From NCBI GenBank assembly GCA_045545335.1, contig JAZQAS010000027.1, positions 1 to 50,819 on the forward strand: a stretch of 50,819 bases of DNA, given 5' to 3'. Each line of letters begins with the position of its first letter. The stretch's first letter is position 1. Under the pieces are notes generated by a model that worked only from the letters and a program-made list of their open reading frames with translations, did no database searches and was not told the origin of the DNA. Source of the DNA: Candidatus Avispirillum sp. Lineage in GTDB: Bacteria > Bacillota > Clostridia > Oscillospirales > CAG-272. Below, piece by piece: positions 35,013 to 44,938 of the stretch. The position numbers and the translations under genes were made by a program.

Positions 35013-35190
35013 TTTCCGCACCTTCAAAAAACTTTAAAAATTGGTATAGCTGAGCTTTGAAGGCAAAAGCTACAGCGTGAAACGCTGCGGCGCATACGCG
35101 CCGGTCATCGCCCGTAAAATATGCAAAAATGAGCTCGTTCATTTTTGCATACTTTACGGATAGGGATCGCTTTTGCCCTTCTGTATCTTT
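35013..35190 (+). repeat. Multi-hairpin dispersed repeat family B, copy 1
   Basis: ccgca..caaaaaactttaaaaattggtatagct..aggcaaaagctacagcgtgaaacgctg..caaaaatgagctcgttcatttttg aligns with the reverse complement of 46060-46230. The 21-bp stem spans 35112-35159. Confidence 0.85.
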
Positions 35191-35307
35191 GTCATATTTA
35201 AAAGTTTTCGTAAACCTTTTTCAAAAGGTTTCGCGGTCAAGGGCGCGGAGCCCTTGTCGCCCTCGCAAGGGCGAAACATCCCTATGCTTTCAAGAAAGGA
35301 CAATATT

Positions 35308-36189
35308 ATGGAATTCATTATCTCCAAGGGCGATACCGTTGCAAAATGCACGTCAGTCGGCGGCGAGCTCATCTCCTTTGTAAAGGACGGCAAGGAGTAC
35401 GTATGGTACGGCCACGCTGAGCACTGGAGTGGTCAGGCTCCCTGCCTTTTCCCCGTTGTTTGCCGCCCCAAGGACGACTGCGTTATTATCGACGGCATGA
35501 CCTATCCCATGAAGAAGCACGGCTTTGCAAGAAAGGCAGCCTTCACACCCGTTGAGGTGACTCCCTCAAGCGTTACCTTCCGTCTCACGGAGAGCGACGA
35601 GACAAAGGCATCCTTCCCCTACGAGTTTATCCTTGATATCACTCACTCCGTTACAGAGGACAGCTTCACAACGGAATATAAGGTGACCAACAAGAGCGAC
35701 AGAGCTATGACCTTCTGCATCGGCGGCCATCCCGGCTTCAACTGCCCTATTTGCGAGGGCGAAAGCTTTGAGGACTACAGCCTTGTTTTTGACAATGCAA
35801 AGGGCGCTGTTGCTCACAACTGCGATCTTGATGCAGGCGGCTATATGAGCCCCGATATGCCTGAGCTTGACTACATCAAGGACTCTAAGATGGACCTTAT
35901 CTACGACCGCTTCGACTTTGACGCAGTTGTAGTTGAGAATCTCCCCGTAAAGAAGGTAAACCTCGTTAACCGCAACACCGGCCACGGCGTTCGCTTTGAG
36001 TTTGACTCCTTTGACGCCATCGGCTTCTGGACACCTATCAAGATGTCCTCCCCCTTCATCTGCCTGGAGCCCTGGAACGGTCTCCCCGGCGGACTTGACG
36101 AAACAAGCGAATTCACCTCTAAAAAATACGCAAAGACTATCGCCCCCGGCGAAAGCTTTGTTACTTCCTATAAAGCAACTGTGATCTGA
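35308..36189 (+). CDS. Aldose 1-epimerase family protein (LacX-like)
   Basis: ATG 35308 after AAAGGA. GGELISFVKDGKEYVW..WSGQAPCLFPVV and GGHPGFNCP. The long N-terminal extension in the ORF track lies inside the repeat and is rejected. Confidence 0.75.
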   Translation: MEFIISKGDTVAKCTSVGGELISFVKDGKEYVWYGHAEHWSGQAPCLFPVVCRPKDDCVIIDGMTYPMKKHGFARKAAFTPVEVTPSSVTFRLTESDETKASFPYEFILDITHSVTEDSFTTEYKVTNKSDRAMTFCIGGHPGFNCPICEGESFEDYSLVFDNAKGAVAHNCDLDAGGYMSPDMPELDYIKDSKMDLIYDRFDFDAVVVENLPVKKVNLVNRNTGHGVRFEFDSFDAIGFWTPIKMSSPFICLEPWNGLPGGLDETSEFTSKKYAKTIAPGESFVTSYKATVI

Positions 36190-37142
36190 TGAATCTTTGT
36201 AATCTTACTACGGTAAGGGAATTGCTTGACAGATACGGCCTCGCTCCGAGAAAGGGCTTTGGCCAGAACTTTCTCATCAATCCCGACGTTCCCGCCCGCA
36301 TTGCAGGCTCCTCCGCCCTCGGAGGGGACTGCGGCTGGGGAGGGGCTGACAGCACAGCCCCCGAGGGGGTCTGCGCTCTTGAGATCGGCCCCGGCATCGG
36401 CGCTATGACGAGAGAGCTCTCAGCCCTTTTTGATCGGGTGCTTGCAGTTGAGATAGACCGCGGCCTTATCCCCCTGCTCTCGGAGACCCTTTACGACTGC
36501 GAAAACGTCACCGTTATCAACGAGGACTTTATGAAGCTCTCCGTTAAGGACCTTCTTCGCGAGAGCTTTGGCTCATCTCCCGTTCGTATCTGCGCAAATC
36601 TGCCTTACTATATAACGTCGCCCATTATTATGGCGATCCTTGAAGCCTACGCCCCCAGCGAGCGCCCTCAGGTCCAGTCTGTTACCGTTCTCGTGCAGAA
36701 CGAGGTTGCAGACAGGCTTTGCGCCGAGGCGGGCAGCGATGAATACGGCTCCATCACCGCGGCGGTGAACCTTTGCGGAACTGCAAGAAAGCTCTTTACC
36801 GTTCCCGCAGGATGCTTCTACCCCGCTCCCAAGGTGACAAGCGCCGTCGTTCAGATAACCCTTTATCCCGGCGGAGTTCGGGATGCATTCGACTCTCTTC
36901 CCGAGGATGACGGGGAGCTTGACAAGCTTATCTCCCTTGCAAAAAGGCTTATTGCCGCGGCATTCGCCCAGAGAAGAAAGACCCTTACGAACGCACTCTC
37001 CTCAGTTTGCCCCAAGGAGAAAACCGAGGCGGCCCTCGCAAGCCTTAATATCCGCGCCGATATTCGCGGCGAAAAGCTTTCCGCTTGCGATTTCGTTGCC
37101 ATTGCAAAGTTTATCAGAGGAAAGGAGGAAGCAGCACAGTGA
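36189..37142 (+). CDS. rsmA: 16S rRNA (adenine1518/1519-N6)-dimethyltransferase
   Basis: GQNFLINPDV, LEIGPGIGAMT and ANLPYYITSPII. The ATG overlaps the upstream stop (ATGA). Confidence 0.9.
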   Translation: MNLCNLTTVRELLDRYGLAPRKGFGQNFLINPDVPARIAGSSALGGDCGWGGADSTAPEGVCALEIGPGIGAMTRELSALFDRVLAVEIDRGLIPLLSETLYDCENVTVINEDFMKLSVKDLLRESFGSSPVRICANLPYYITSPIIMAILEAYAPSERPQVQSVTVLVQNEVADRLCAEAGSDEYGSITAAVNLCGTARKLFTVPAGCFYPAPKVTSAVVQITLYPGGVRDAFDSLPEDDGELDKLISLAKRLIAAAFAQRRKTLTNALSSVCPKEKTEAALASLNIRADIRGEKLSACDFVAIAKFIRGKEEAAQ

Positions 37143-37612
37143 ACTTCAGAACAGAAGAAGAAAAAACAAACGATATGATAGTTTATGAGAAGAAGGCCAA
37201 GGCAGGCGATATCGTTAAGGAATACAAGCGCGTTGCCAAAAAGGCAAACGTTTCTGCAGTGATCGCCGCCGTTATCCTTTCTTCCATCGCTTTTCCCATT
37301 TTCTTTGAGCCCGCTTATAATAACGAGCTGGTTCTCGGTATGGTCTCCGCGGCGCTTATGGTGGTCATTCTGGTGGTTGGCATCAGATTTCTCACCGGCG
37401 CTATCATCACTCGCTCCCTCCCCGCTTTTATGAAGTGGGGCACTCTCTCGGCCCGCTGGACCGAGGCAAGAAGCGATATGCACTCTCTTGAAGAAAAAAT
37501 GGCAGAGCAGAAGGCATTTCCCGATGACGTTGAAAAGGCTGAGGAAAAGCTCATTTCCCTCTCCGAAATGCTCATCGCTTTTGCTGAGGAAAACGAAATA
37601 GAAGCAGAATAA
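37139..37612 (+). CDS. Hypothetical 2-TM membrane protein
   Basis: GTG 37139 lies 9 nt after AGGAGG and overlaps the rsmA stop. An alternative start is ATG 37175. Two hydrophobic helices are followed by a charged helical tail. Confidence 0.55.
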   Translation: MNFRTEEEKTNDMIVYEKKAKAGDIVKEYKRVAKKANVSAVIAAVILSSIAFPIFFEPAYNNELVLGMVSAALMVVILVVGIRFLTGAIITRSLPAFMKWGTLSARWTEARSDMHSLEEKMAEQKAFPDDVEKAEEKLISLSEMLIAFAEENEIEAE

Positions 37613-37652
37613 AAAAGAGAAGATTCGCATTAAACGAATCTTCTCTTTTTTT
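37611..37652. terminator. Bidirectional terminator
   Basis: gagaagattcg / cgaatcttctc stem flanked by A6 and T7. Confidence 0.8.
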
Positions 37653-37657
37653 GTTTG

Positions 37658-38200
37658 TTATTTTTCAGCTTCTATTATGACCTCATCGCTGCCCTCACGA
37701 AGCAGGTCAAGAGAATTATTGACGAAAACGATGTGGGCCGCCGCAACGATAACGCTTGAAAGCGTGGTCTTGAGCTTTGACTCGGTGACGCCTACGGGCT
37801 CCAACGAGGCTTTAAGGCCGCAGATATATGCAAGCATATTCTCAAATTCATCGCAAAAATAGTTATAGGCCGTTGGCGTATCGTACAGCTCTCTCTGCTT
37901 TTCATAAAGCATTGCAACGTCATCAATTGAGAGCACGGTCTTGCCGATGCCGATAAATATAAAATATACGAGATGATCTCTGCTGTAAAGCTTTTTTGAA
38001 GGCGCACTGACAACACCCTGCTTCACGTAGTTTGATACCATGGAGGGCGTGATGGCAGGGCACCCCAAAGGGGAAAGAACACCGTTTACATATTTCGTTA
38101 CCTGCTCAAGATAGAGACCCACGTCGGGTATCTCTGCGTATCTGGGCAAACGGAAATCCCGTACCTTTTGAGCAAAAAGTGTTTTGATTTCATTACTCAT
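37658..38200 (-). CDS. DUF1836-like protein (family typically adjacent to DegV genes)
   Basis: ..FRLPRYAEIPDVGLYLEQVTKYVN...ITPSMVSNYVKQGVVSAPSKKLYSRDHLVYFIFI. Divergent from a DegV gene. Confidence 0.6.
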   Translation of the reverse strand: MSNEIKTLFAQKVRDFRLPRYAEIPDVGLYLEQVTKYVNGVLSPLGCPAITPSMVSNYVKQGVVSAPSKKLYSRDHLVYFIFIGIGKTVLSIDDVAMLYEKQRELYDTPTAYNYFCDEFENMLAYICGLKASLEPVGVTESKLKTTLSSVIVAAAHIVFVNNSLDLLREGSDEVIIEAEK

Positions 38201-38253
38201 ATGTATATATTATACCATCTTTCATCATCTGTCAACAAGTTATACAAAATCAC

Positions 38254-38282
38254 TTGACAAGTTTTTGAAAAACCGATATAAT
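38254..38282 (+). promoter_or_regulatory. Consensus promoter of first DegV gene
   Basis: ttgaca (38254-38259), 17-nt spacer, tataat (38277-38282). GTCAACAAGTT and TTGACAAGTT are direct repeats nearby. Confidence 0.6.
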
Positions 38283-38365
38283 AGATTTAGTATAATGCGT
38301 TAGTGTGCGCCTGCACAAATTTGAAAACGCAGCTTTGCTCTATGCAAAGAAGAAAGCAGGATACT

Positions 38366-39208
38366 ATGAATTTCAAGATCATATCCGACTCCTCTTCCGA
38401 TATATTCGCTCTCAGCGGCACTGCATACGAGTCAGTACCTCTCAAGGTCATTACAGACGAAAAAGAATTTACCGATACAAAGGATCTCAATGTTTCCGAG
38501 ATGACGGAGTATCTTAAAAAGTACAAGGGCACCTCCAAATCCTCCTGCCCCAATATGGAGGACTATAAGGACGCTTACGCAGGCTGCGACGGCTTTTTCT
38601 GCGTTACCATTACCCGCAACCTCTCCGGAAGCTACAACAGCGCGACTCTCGCCCTTGAGGACTTTGCCGAGGAAAACCCTGACGTTCGCGGCTGCGTTAT
38701 CGACACGCTCACCGCAGGCCCCGAGATCGCTCTCCTTATAGACAAGCTTGAAGCACTTATTGCAGAGGGCCTTGATTTTGACACTATCAAGGAAAAGATC
38801 TGCGAATATAAGAACACCACTCACCTTCTCTTCTGCCTTGAATCTATGACCAATCTTGCAAACAACGGCAGAATAAGCCACGCAACTGCAAAGATGGCAG
38901 GCCTCCTCGGCATTCGCGCCATCGGCAAGGCAAGCCTTGAGGGCACCCTTGAAATGGTCTCCAAGGTGCGCGGAAGCGATAAGGCAACGGCTGAGCTTTT
39001 CGACCGGATGAAGGCCCACGGCTACTGCGGCGGCAGAGTTCGCATCCACCACTGCCAGAACGAGGCGGCGGCAACGGCCCTGAAGGCAAGGATCGCCGAG
39101 AGCTACCCTGCAGCCGAGGTCATTATTGAAACCACGGGCGCCCTTTGCTCCTTCTACGCGGAGCGCGGCGGATTTCTCATCGGCTACGAGGGCGCACCCA
39201 AGAACTGA
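38366..39208 (+). CDS. DegV-family fatty-acid-binding protein (FakB-like) 1
   Basis: MNFKIISDSSSDIF..., ..FCVTITRNLSGSYNSA.. ATG 38366. Confidence 0.85.
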   Translation: MNFKIISDSSSDIFALSGTAYESVPLKVITDEKEFTDTKDLNVSEMTEYLKKYKGTSKSSCPNMEDYKDAYAGCDGFFCVTITRNLSGSYNSATLALEDFAEENPDVRGCVIDTLTAGPEIALLIDKLEALIAEGLDFDTIKEKICEYKNTTHLLFCLESMTNLANNGRISHATAKMAGLLGIRAIGKASLEGTLEMVSKVRGSDKATAELFDRMKAHGYCGGRVRIHHCQNEAAATALKARIAESYPAAEVIIETTGALCSFYAERGGFLIGYEGAPKN

Positions 39209-39228
39209 GACAACACCCACCCTCCAAG

Positions 39229-39269
39229 TAGGCCCCAAGGTGCACGCACCGAGGGGCTTACATTTTTAT
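39229..39269 (+). terminator. Terminator of DegV-1
   Basis: ggcccc-aaggtgcacgcaccga-ggggc with an inner ggtg/cacc stem, followed by ttacattttt. Confidence 0.55.
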
Positions 39270-39385
39270 AGGCAAGCGCAGCTATATTAGGCAATAGCCT
39301 AACCGCCCCGTCGATTATAAAAAAGCCACCCCACAGTCGTGGTTTCAGGACAGCGACTATGGGATGGTTTTTCTATGTTTTTTCC

Positions 39386-40270
39386 TTATTTTACTTGAAG
39401 AGCGACGGTTTTTTCTTCTTTTTCTACTTCATCGCAAAGCTCATCAAAGGTGACGAAGGTATAGCCCTCTCTCTTCAGCATTTCTATGATACGCTCTATC
39501 TTTTCTGCATATGCCGAAATTCCTCTGCTCAGATAAAACCTTTCCGAGCGAGGCAGCTCTGCAACTGCATCTGAGCGGTTATCCGAAAGCTCAAAGGGGT
39601 GGAGATAGAAAACGTAGCAATCGTTTTTCTTTATATATCTTTTGATACCGTCCTGCACCAGGGGCCATGGGCAAAGGCGCACGTAGCCGCCGCCCGAAAC
39701 GGGATATGTACAGCCGAGGATATTCTCGCAGGAAAGGCTGAACTCATAAAGCCCATCCTTTGAATATACTCCCGAAAGGCGCTTTTCAAAGCCCTCAAGG
39801 CTGAAGCCGCCCTTGAGATAATTTCTCGTAAAGCCATGGCTGCTGGAATCATACTTAAAGCCGAGGGAGCGGAGCACCTCTATCTTTTCATCGTCCATGC
39901 TGAAAAACGGCGCTCTGTAGCCCTCTACCCTTTTGCCGAGTATCCCTTCAAGATATTCCTTTGCCTTTTTCGTTTTCTCTTTGAACTCCTCGGCCGTCAG
40001 CTTATCAAGGGAGGTATGATCGTAGCCGTGGAGGGCGATGGCGTGTCCTCTCTCGGAAATAGAAGTAAGCTTTTCCTCAATCCTTTTTGCCGTATGGCAA
40101 AGGGTGAAGAGCGTTGCCCTGATACCGTGGCGCTCAAGGAGAGACACGTATTTATCAATTCCGTCCAGCATATCGTCATCAGGGGAGAGACCTCTCCTTG
40201 CAAGACAGCCTGCATCGGAGAAATCCTCAACGTCCATGGTGAAGACAGCGTATTTCTTTTTACTGCACAT
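39386..40270 (-). CDS. Polysaccharide deacetylase (CE4)-family protein
   Basis: AVFTMDVEDF, GIRATLF, ALHGYDH and GYRAPFF. Confidence 0.75.
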   Translation of the reverse strand: MCSKKKYAVFTMDVEDFSDAGCLARRGLSPDDDMLDGIDKYVSLLERHGIRATLFTLCHTAKRIEEKLTSISERGHAIALHGYDHTSLDKLTAEEFKEKTKKAKEYLEGILGKRVEGYRAPFFSMDDEKIEVLRSLGFKYDSSSHGFTRNYLKGGFSLEGFEKRLSGVYSKDGLYEFSLSCENILGCTYPVSGGGYVRLCPWPLVQDGIKRYIKKNDCYVFYLHPFELSDNRSDAVAELPRSERFYLSRGISAYAEKIERIIEMLKREGYTFVTFDELCDEVEKEEKTVALQVK

Positions 40271-41240
40271 CTGTGATATACTCTCTTATCGCCTTATCGT
40301 ATGCATCCTTATTGTTGGGGCGCAGGTGAGAATGGCGGCCCGTGGGGAGCCAGACTATTCTCTTTGTTTCGCTCTTCGTTGCCGCAAAGAGCTCACGGCT
40401 TTTCTTGGGAAGGGAGAAAACGTCCTCCTCGCCAAAGATATAAAGGATATGCTTATCGTATTCGCGGCAGAGCCTGATGGGAGTAACGTCTCTGTAATCC
40501 GCGCCCGTTACCCTCTTTATTCTCATCATAATAAGGTCAACAAGGGGCCAGACAGGCTTCTTGAGCTGAATGAGATGCTGCTTATAGGTCTCGCGGAAGG
40601 TGACGTAGGGTCCCTCTGCAACGATGCCCTTGATACTCTCGGGAGCTCCCTCGCCGACGCAGGCCTTGAACGCCGCCGCGCCTCCAAGGCAAATAGCGTG
40701 GAGCCACACCTTTTTGATACCACGCTCTCTTTCAAGATACTCGCACCAGGAGCGAACGTCACGGCTTTCAAGAAGGCCTATGGTGCTGTACTTACCGTCG
40801 CTCTTGCCGTGGCATCTCGTATCTATAACGAGGATATTTATACCCATATCCGCATAGGGCTTTGCAAAATAGCAGGAATATCTGAGGCATTCGCATCTTC
40901 CGGGAAGGAAGATTACGGCGCTGTCGCCGCCGAAATCGTAATACTCTGCGTGGAGATGGAGCCCGTCAAAGGAGGTTATATCAGCCTCGCTCATTTTTTC
41001 GGCGTTTTCCTCCGCCCAAAGGACGCCCTCATTCCACATCGTCATCTGCTCGCAGTCCTCAGGATCGGAGCAGCTGTATCCCCATTCTCCCTCCTTGCGA
41101 ACGAGAGTGCCCTCAAAGACCCTCCTTGCAACGTAAAGAAGAAAGAAAAATGAGCCGACGCCGCCGAGAACGATGAGCGCCGCCGCTATCCATATTATTA
41201 CAAGCCCGTAGGTGGGCAGATTCATTATCGCATTTATCAT
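40260..41240 (-). CDS. Membrane-anchored alpha/beta-hydrolase-fold protein with Cys at the nucleophile elbow
   Basis: N-terminal TM helix. The elbow reads LHAICLGGAAA (A-x-C-x-G) where G-x-S-x-G is expected. 11-nt overlap with the deacetylase gene. Confidence 0.65.
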   Translation of the reverse strand: MINAIMNLPTYGLVIIWIAAALIVLGGVGSFFFLLYVARRVFEGTLVRKEGEWGYSCSDPEDCEQMTMWNEGVLWAEENAEKMSEADITSFDGLHLHAEYYDFGGDSAVIFLPGRCECLRYSCYFAKPYADMGINILVIDTRCHGKSDGKYSTIGLLESRDVRSWCEYLERERGIKKVWLHAICLGGAAAFKACVGEGAPESIKGIVAEGPYVTFRETYKQHLIQLKKPVWPLVDLIMMRIKRVTGADYRDVTPIRLCREYDKHILYIFGEEDVFSLPKKSRELFAATKSETKRIVWLPTGRHSHLRPNNKDAYDKAIREYITDVQ

Positions 41241-41340
41241 AATATTCGCCTCTATATTTTTTATCCTTATAATTATAACAGATTATATCTCAATTACCAC
41301 TCTTTTTTTAAAAGTTTATGTCCTTTTTTGTTGAAAAAAA

Positions 41341-41369
41341 GGAAGGGGTGTGCTAATATATACTTGGTG
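41341..41369 (+). promoter_or_regulatory. Promoter of DegV-2/DegV-3/fakA/plsX operon
   Basis: ttgaaa (41341-41346), 17-nt spacer, tgcTAATAT (41361-41369). Confidence 0.5.
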
Positions 41370-41423
41370 TATTATGATATATAATGTACTTATAAAATAT
41401 ATTCAACCAAGAAAGGCACCGAT

Positions 41424-42359
41424 ATGGCTAACTTTGTTATTATCCCCGACGCCTCCTGCGACCTTACCAAGGAGCTGAGAGAGCGCTTTGATATTCCCGA
41501 ATATCTCCACGGCACCATCACCTTCCCCGACGGCCACGACGAACGCTGCAGCCTCGACTGGGAGACCATCTCCGCTGAGGAGTATTTCCGCACCATGGCT
41601 GAGGATAAGGCCATCTACAAGACTGCAGGTGTTGGCATCACCGAGGCGGAGACCGTTTTTGAGAAATATCTTTCTCAAGGCATCGACGTTATCAATATAA
41701 CTCTCTCCTCCGGTATCTCCTCCACCTACAGCTACTGCAAAAAGGCGGCTGACAATATGCAGGCAAAGTATCCCGAAAGAAAGGTCATCTGCATAGACTC
41801 TCTTCGCTACTCAACCGCACTTTCCCTTCTCGTTATCCTCGCCGCTCAGAAGAGAGCCGAGGGCGCAACCATTGACGAGGTCAGCGCTTTTATTGAGGAA
41901 AAGAAGCACAGCATCCATCAGATGGGCCCCATGGACGACCTTTTCTTCCTCGTGAGAACAGGCCGTATCTCAAACGTTAAGGCCTTCTTCGGCTCACTTG
42001 TTGGCGTTAACCCCATGGCAGACTTCAATGAGCGCGGCCTTTCCGAGGTGCTTGCAAAGTTCAAGGGCAAGAAGGCGGCTCTCGACGCTGTTATCAAATA
42101 TATGAAGGGCACCATCGTTGACCCCGAAAAGCAGATCATCTTTGTTGCACACTCCAACAGAAAGGAAGCTGCAGAAAAGCTTTCCGCAATGATCGAGGCG
42201 GAATTCCACCCCAAGGAGATCATCATAAACACCGTTGGTATGTCCTGCGGTGCCAATATCGGCCCCGGCCTTTGCGCCGCATTCTACGAGGGCAAGCCCA
42301 TCAGCGCAGGTATGGCTGAGGAAAAGGCCCTTATGGATTCCATCGCACAGAAGAAATAA
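41424..42359 (+). CDS. DegV-family protein (FakB-like) 2
   Basis: MANFVIIPDASCDL.., INITLSSGISSTYSY. Confidence 0.85.
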   Translation: MANFVIIPDASCDLTKELRERFDIPEYLHGTITFPDGHDERCSLDWETISAEEYFRTMAEDKAIYKTAGVGITEAETVFEKYLSQGIDVINITLSSGISSTYSYCKKAADNMQAKYPERKVICIDSLRYSTALSLLVILAAQKRAEGATIDEVSAFIEEKKHSIHQMGPMDDLFFLVRTGRISNVKAFFGSLVGVNPMADFNERGLSEVLAKFKGKKAALDAVIKYMKGTIVDPEKQIIFVAHSNRKEAAEKLSAMIEAEFHPKEIIINTVGMSCGANIGPGLCAAFYEGKPISAGMAEEKALMDSIAQKK

Positions 42360-42379
42360 TCTTTTTGAGAGGTATAAAA

Positions 42380-43267
42380 ATGAAAAACTACGCAATCGTA
42401 GCAGACTCCACCTGCGACCTCCCCCTTGAAGCCCGCGAAAAATACGGCATTGACTACATAAAGATGGGTTACGTCATAGACGATACCACCTATCCCGCAT
42501 CCCTTGACTGGGAGACCCACTCCGCAAAAGAATTTTACGACCTCATGAGAGACGGAAAATACGTTCGCACGGTGCAGATAGTTCGCGAGGAGACTCTCGC
42601 AGTTTTCAAGAAATATCTCTCCGAGGGTATGGACGTTATATATATATCCTGCTCCTCCGCCCTCTCCGGCTCATATAACTTCGGCTCTCTCATTGCAAGA
42701 GAGCTTAAAGGCGAATACCCCGAAAACACCGTTCACTGCGTTGACGCTCTCATAAGCTCTCTCGGCCAGGGCTTTCTTGCCATCAAGGCTGCCCAGCTCA
42801 AGAGCGAGGGCAAGAGCGCAGAGGAGGTAGTTGCATGGCTTCTGGAAAACCGACTGAAGGTCAATCAGTACGGCACCGTTGAGAGCCTTGAATATCTTCG
42901 CCGAGTTGGCCGAGTTAAGGCCTCCAGCGCATTTTTCGGAAACCTCTTCGGAGTTAAGCCCATTATCCTTTCCGATATCAAGGGCCAGAACTTCGCATTC
43001 AAGAAGGTGAAGGGCGCGGCAAATGCAAAGCGCGAGATAGCCGCCCTCATCAAGGATGCCTCCGTTGACGCTGAAAACAGCACCCTCTTTATCTCCCACG
43101 CAGACGCTATCGACTCTGCCGAGGCCTTTCGCGACGAGATACTCGCCATCTGCCCCTTTAAAGAGGTATTCATAAACCACATCGGTCCCATCGTCGGCGC
43201 AAGCGTCGGCCCCGGCACCGTTATCGCTTTCTGCTTTGGCAAGGAAGTTACCATTGAAGGAAATTAA
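42380..43267 (+). CDS. DegV-family protein (FakB-like) 3
   Basis: MKNYAIVADSTCDLP.., IYISCSSALSGSYNF. ATG 42380. Confidence 0.85.
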   Translation: MKNYAIVADSTCDLPLEAREKYGIDYIKMGYVIDDTTYPASLDWETHSAKEFYDLMRDGKYVRTVQIVREETLAVFKKYLSEGMDVIYISCSSALSGSYNFGSLIARELKGEYPENTVHCVDALISSLGQGFLAIKAAQLKSEGKSAEEVVAWLLENRLKVNQYGTVESLEYLRRVGRVKASSAFFGNLFGVKPIILSDIKGQNFAFKKVKGAANAKREIAALIKDASVDAENSTLFISHADAIDSAEAFRDEILAICPFKEVFINHIGPIVGASVGPGTVIAFCFGKEVTIEGN

Positions 43268-43287
43268 CGCTTGAAAGGTGTGGTGCT

Positions 43288-44913
43288 ATGTCCACAAAAA
43301 AGCTTGACGGCATCGCTCTGAGGAATATGCTCCTCTCGGGATATGCAAACCTTGAAAACGATAAGGACAGAATAAACGCCCTTAACGTTTTTCCCGTTCC
43401 CGACGGCGATACCGGCATAAATATGTCTAAAACTCTGGAAGGCGGCATTGCCGCTCCCGAAGGGGAGAATGCCGCTGAATATATAAAGACCTTCTCCAAA
43501 AAATCCCTGCTCACGGCCAGAGGCAACTCGGGAGTTATCTTCTCTCAGTTCATCCGCGGTCTTGCCGCAGGCTGCGAGGGAAAGGACTCCGTTTCCGTCA
43601 GCGATTTTGCAGAGGCCTTTAACAAGGGCGTTGAATGCGCCTACTCCTCCGTTATCAAGCCCGTTGAGGGAACTATGCTGACGGTGCTCAAGGATACGGG
43701 AGAGTTTCTTAGCGAAAACTGCAACAGCTTCTCCGATTTTGAGGAATGCTTCGATGCTCTTTGCAAAAGAGCCGAGGCAAGCCTTGACCATACCCCCGAG
43801 CTTCTCCCCATCCTTAAGGAGGCGGGAGTAGTTGACTCAGGCGGCGCGGGGCTTCTCTCGGTGTTCACAGGTATGCGCTCCGCCCTTCTCGGAGAGAGCA
43901 TCACCGTTGGAGATGGAGCAAAGGCTGATGCCGCCCCCTCCGTTTCTCTTGATCTGGGCCCCGATTTCGATTTTGAATTCGGCTATTGCACCGAATTTAT
44001 CCTCCAGCTTCTCAATTCCAAATGCGACGTGGCCTCCTTTGATATAGCTCCCCTCTCCGACAGCCTCACCGCTATCGGCGACTCGGTCGTCGCCGTTCAC
44101 GACGGGGATATCGTTAAGATACACGTTCACACAAGGACCCCCGAGGCGGCCATCGCCGAGGCGAGAAGATACGGCGAGCTCATCACCGTTAAGATCGAGA
44201 ATATGTCCGTTCAGCACTCTGAAAATACAGCCGCCCCCAAAAAGAAGGAAAAATACGCTGTCGTTGCCGTGACCAAGGGCGACGGCATCAGAAAATATTT
44301 CTCCGAGATCGGCGTTAACGCCTTTGTTGACGGCGGACAGACCAACAATCCCTCCACCGAGGACTTTATCAAGACCTTCAAGGGTGTTTCGGCAGAGCAT
44401 ATTATAGTTCTGCCCAACAATTCAAACATCATCCTCACAGCCCGTCAGGCGGCTGAGATGTATAAGGATGCGGACGTTCGCGTCGTTCCCACAAGGTCAT
44501 ACGCCGAATGCTACACCGCCCTCTCCATGATGGACCTTACCGCCGAAAGCGCAGACGGCCTTGCAGACAGCATGATGCAGTATCTCCCCTACGTTACCAG
44601 CGGCTACGTTACAACCGCAACGAGAAACGCCACCATCGGCGGCATCGAGCTTTCCGAGGGGGACTACATAGGCCTTGATAACGACAGCATCCGCTCCTGC
44701 GAAAAGGATAAGGTCTCCTGCGCGCTCAGCCTTTTCAAGGCTCTTCCCGATATTGACGATAAAGCGGTCATCACCGTTTTCTACGGAAATGACGTTACAA
44801 AAGAGGAGCTCTCTCTTCTGCGGTCGCGCATTTCAAAGGAGCTTCCCCTTATTGAGGCGGGATACATCTACGGCGGGCAGGACGTTTACAGCTTTATCTT
44901 TGCCATTGAGTAA
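43288..44913 (+). CDS. fakA: DAK2-domain fusion protein YloV = fatty acid kinase FakA-type
   Basis: ..LNVFPVPDGDTGINMSKTLEGG.., ARGNSGVIFSQ. 541 aa with a C-terminal DegV-like/uncharacterised domain. Confidence 0.85.
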   Translation: MSTKKLDGIALRNMLLSGYANLENDKDRINALNVFPVPDGDTGINMSKTLEGGIAAPEGENAAEYIKTFSKKSLLTARGNSGVIFSQFIRGLAAGCEGKDSVSVSDFAEAFNKGVECAYSSVIKPVEGTMLTVLKDTGEFLSENCNSFSDFEECFDALCKRAEASLDHTPELLPILKEAGVVDSGGAGLLSVFTGMRSALLGESITVGDGAKADAAPSVSLDLGPDFDFEFGYCTEFILQLLNSKCDVASFDIAPLSDSLTAIGDSVVAVHDGDIVKIHVHTRTPEAAIAEARRYGELITVKIENMSVQHSENTAAPKKKEKYAVVAVTKGDGIRKYFSEIGVNAFVDGGQTNNPSTEDFIKTFKGVSAEHIIVLPNNSNIILTARQAAEMYKDADVRVVPTRSYAECYTALSMMDLTAESADGLADSMMQYLPYVTSGYVTTATRNATIGGIELSEGDYIGLDNDSIRSCEKDKVSCALSLFKALPDIDDKAVITVFYGNDVTKEELSLLRSRISKELPLIEAGYIYGGQDVYSFIFAIE

Positions 44914-44938
44914 TCCATAAAACAGAACAGGTAATTAT

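Noticed and set aside
35173-35307. N-terminal extension of the aldose-epimerase-like ORF (track start 35173), and similar upstream extensions at 4482, 8530-9813, 22730, 23908-24879, 28224, 38303 and 42365.
   Set aside because: The extensions lack RBS support, run through repeat or promoter sequence, or precede an obvious signal peptide or conserved N-terminus that has its own strong RBS. Internal starts were chosen instead.
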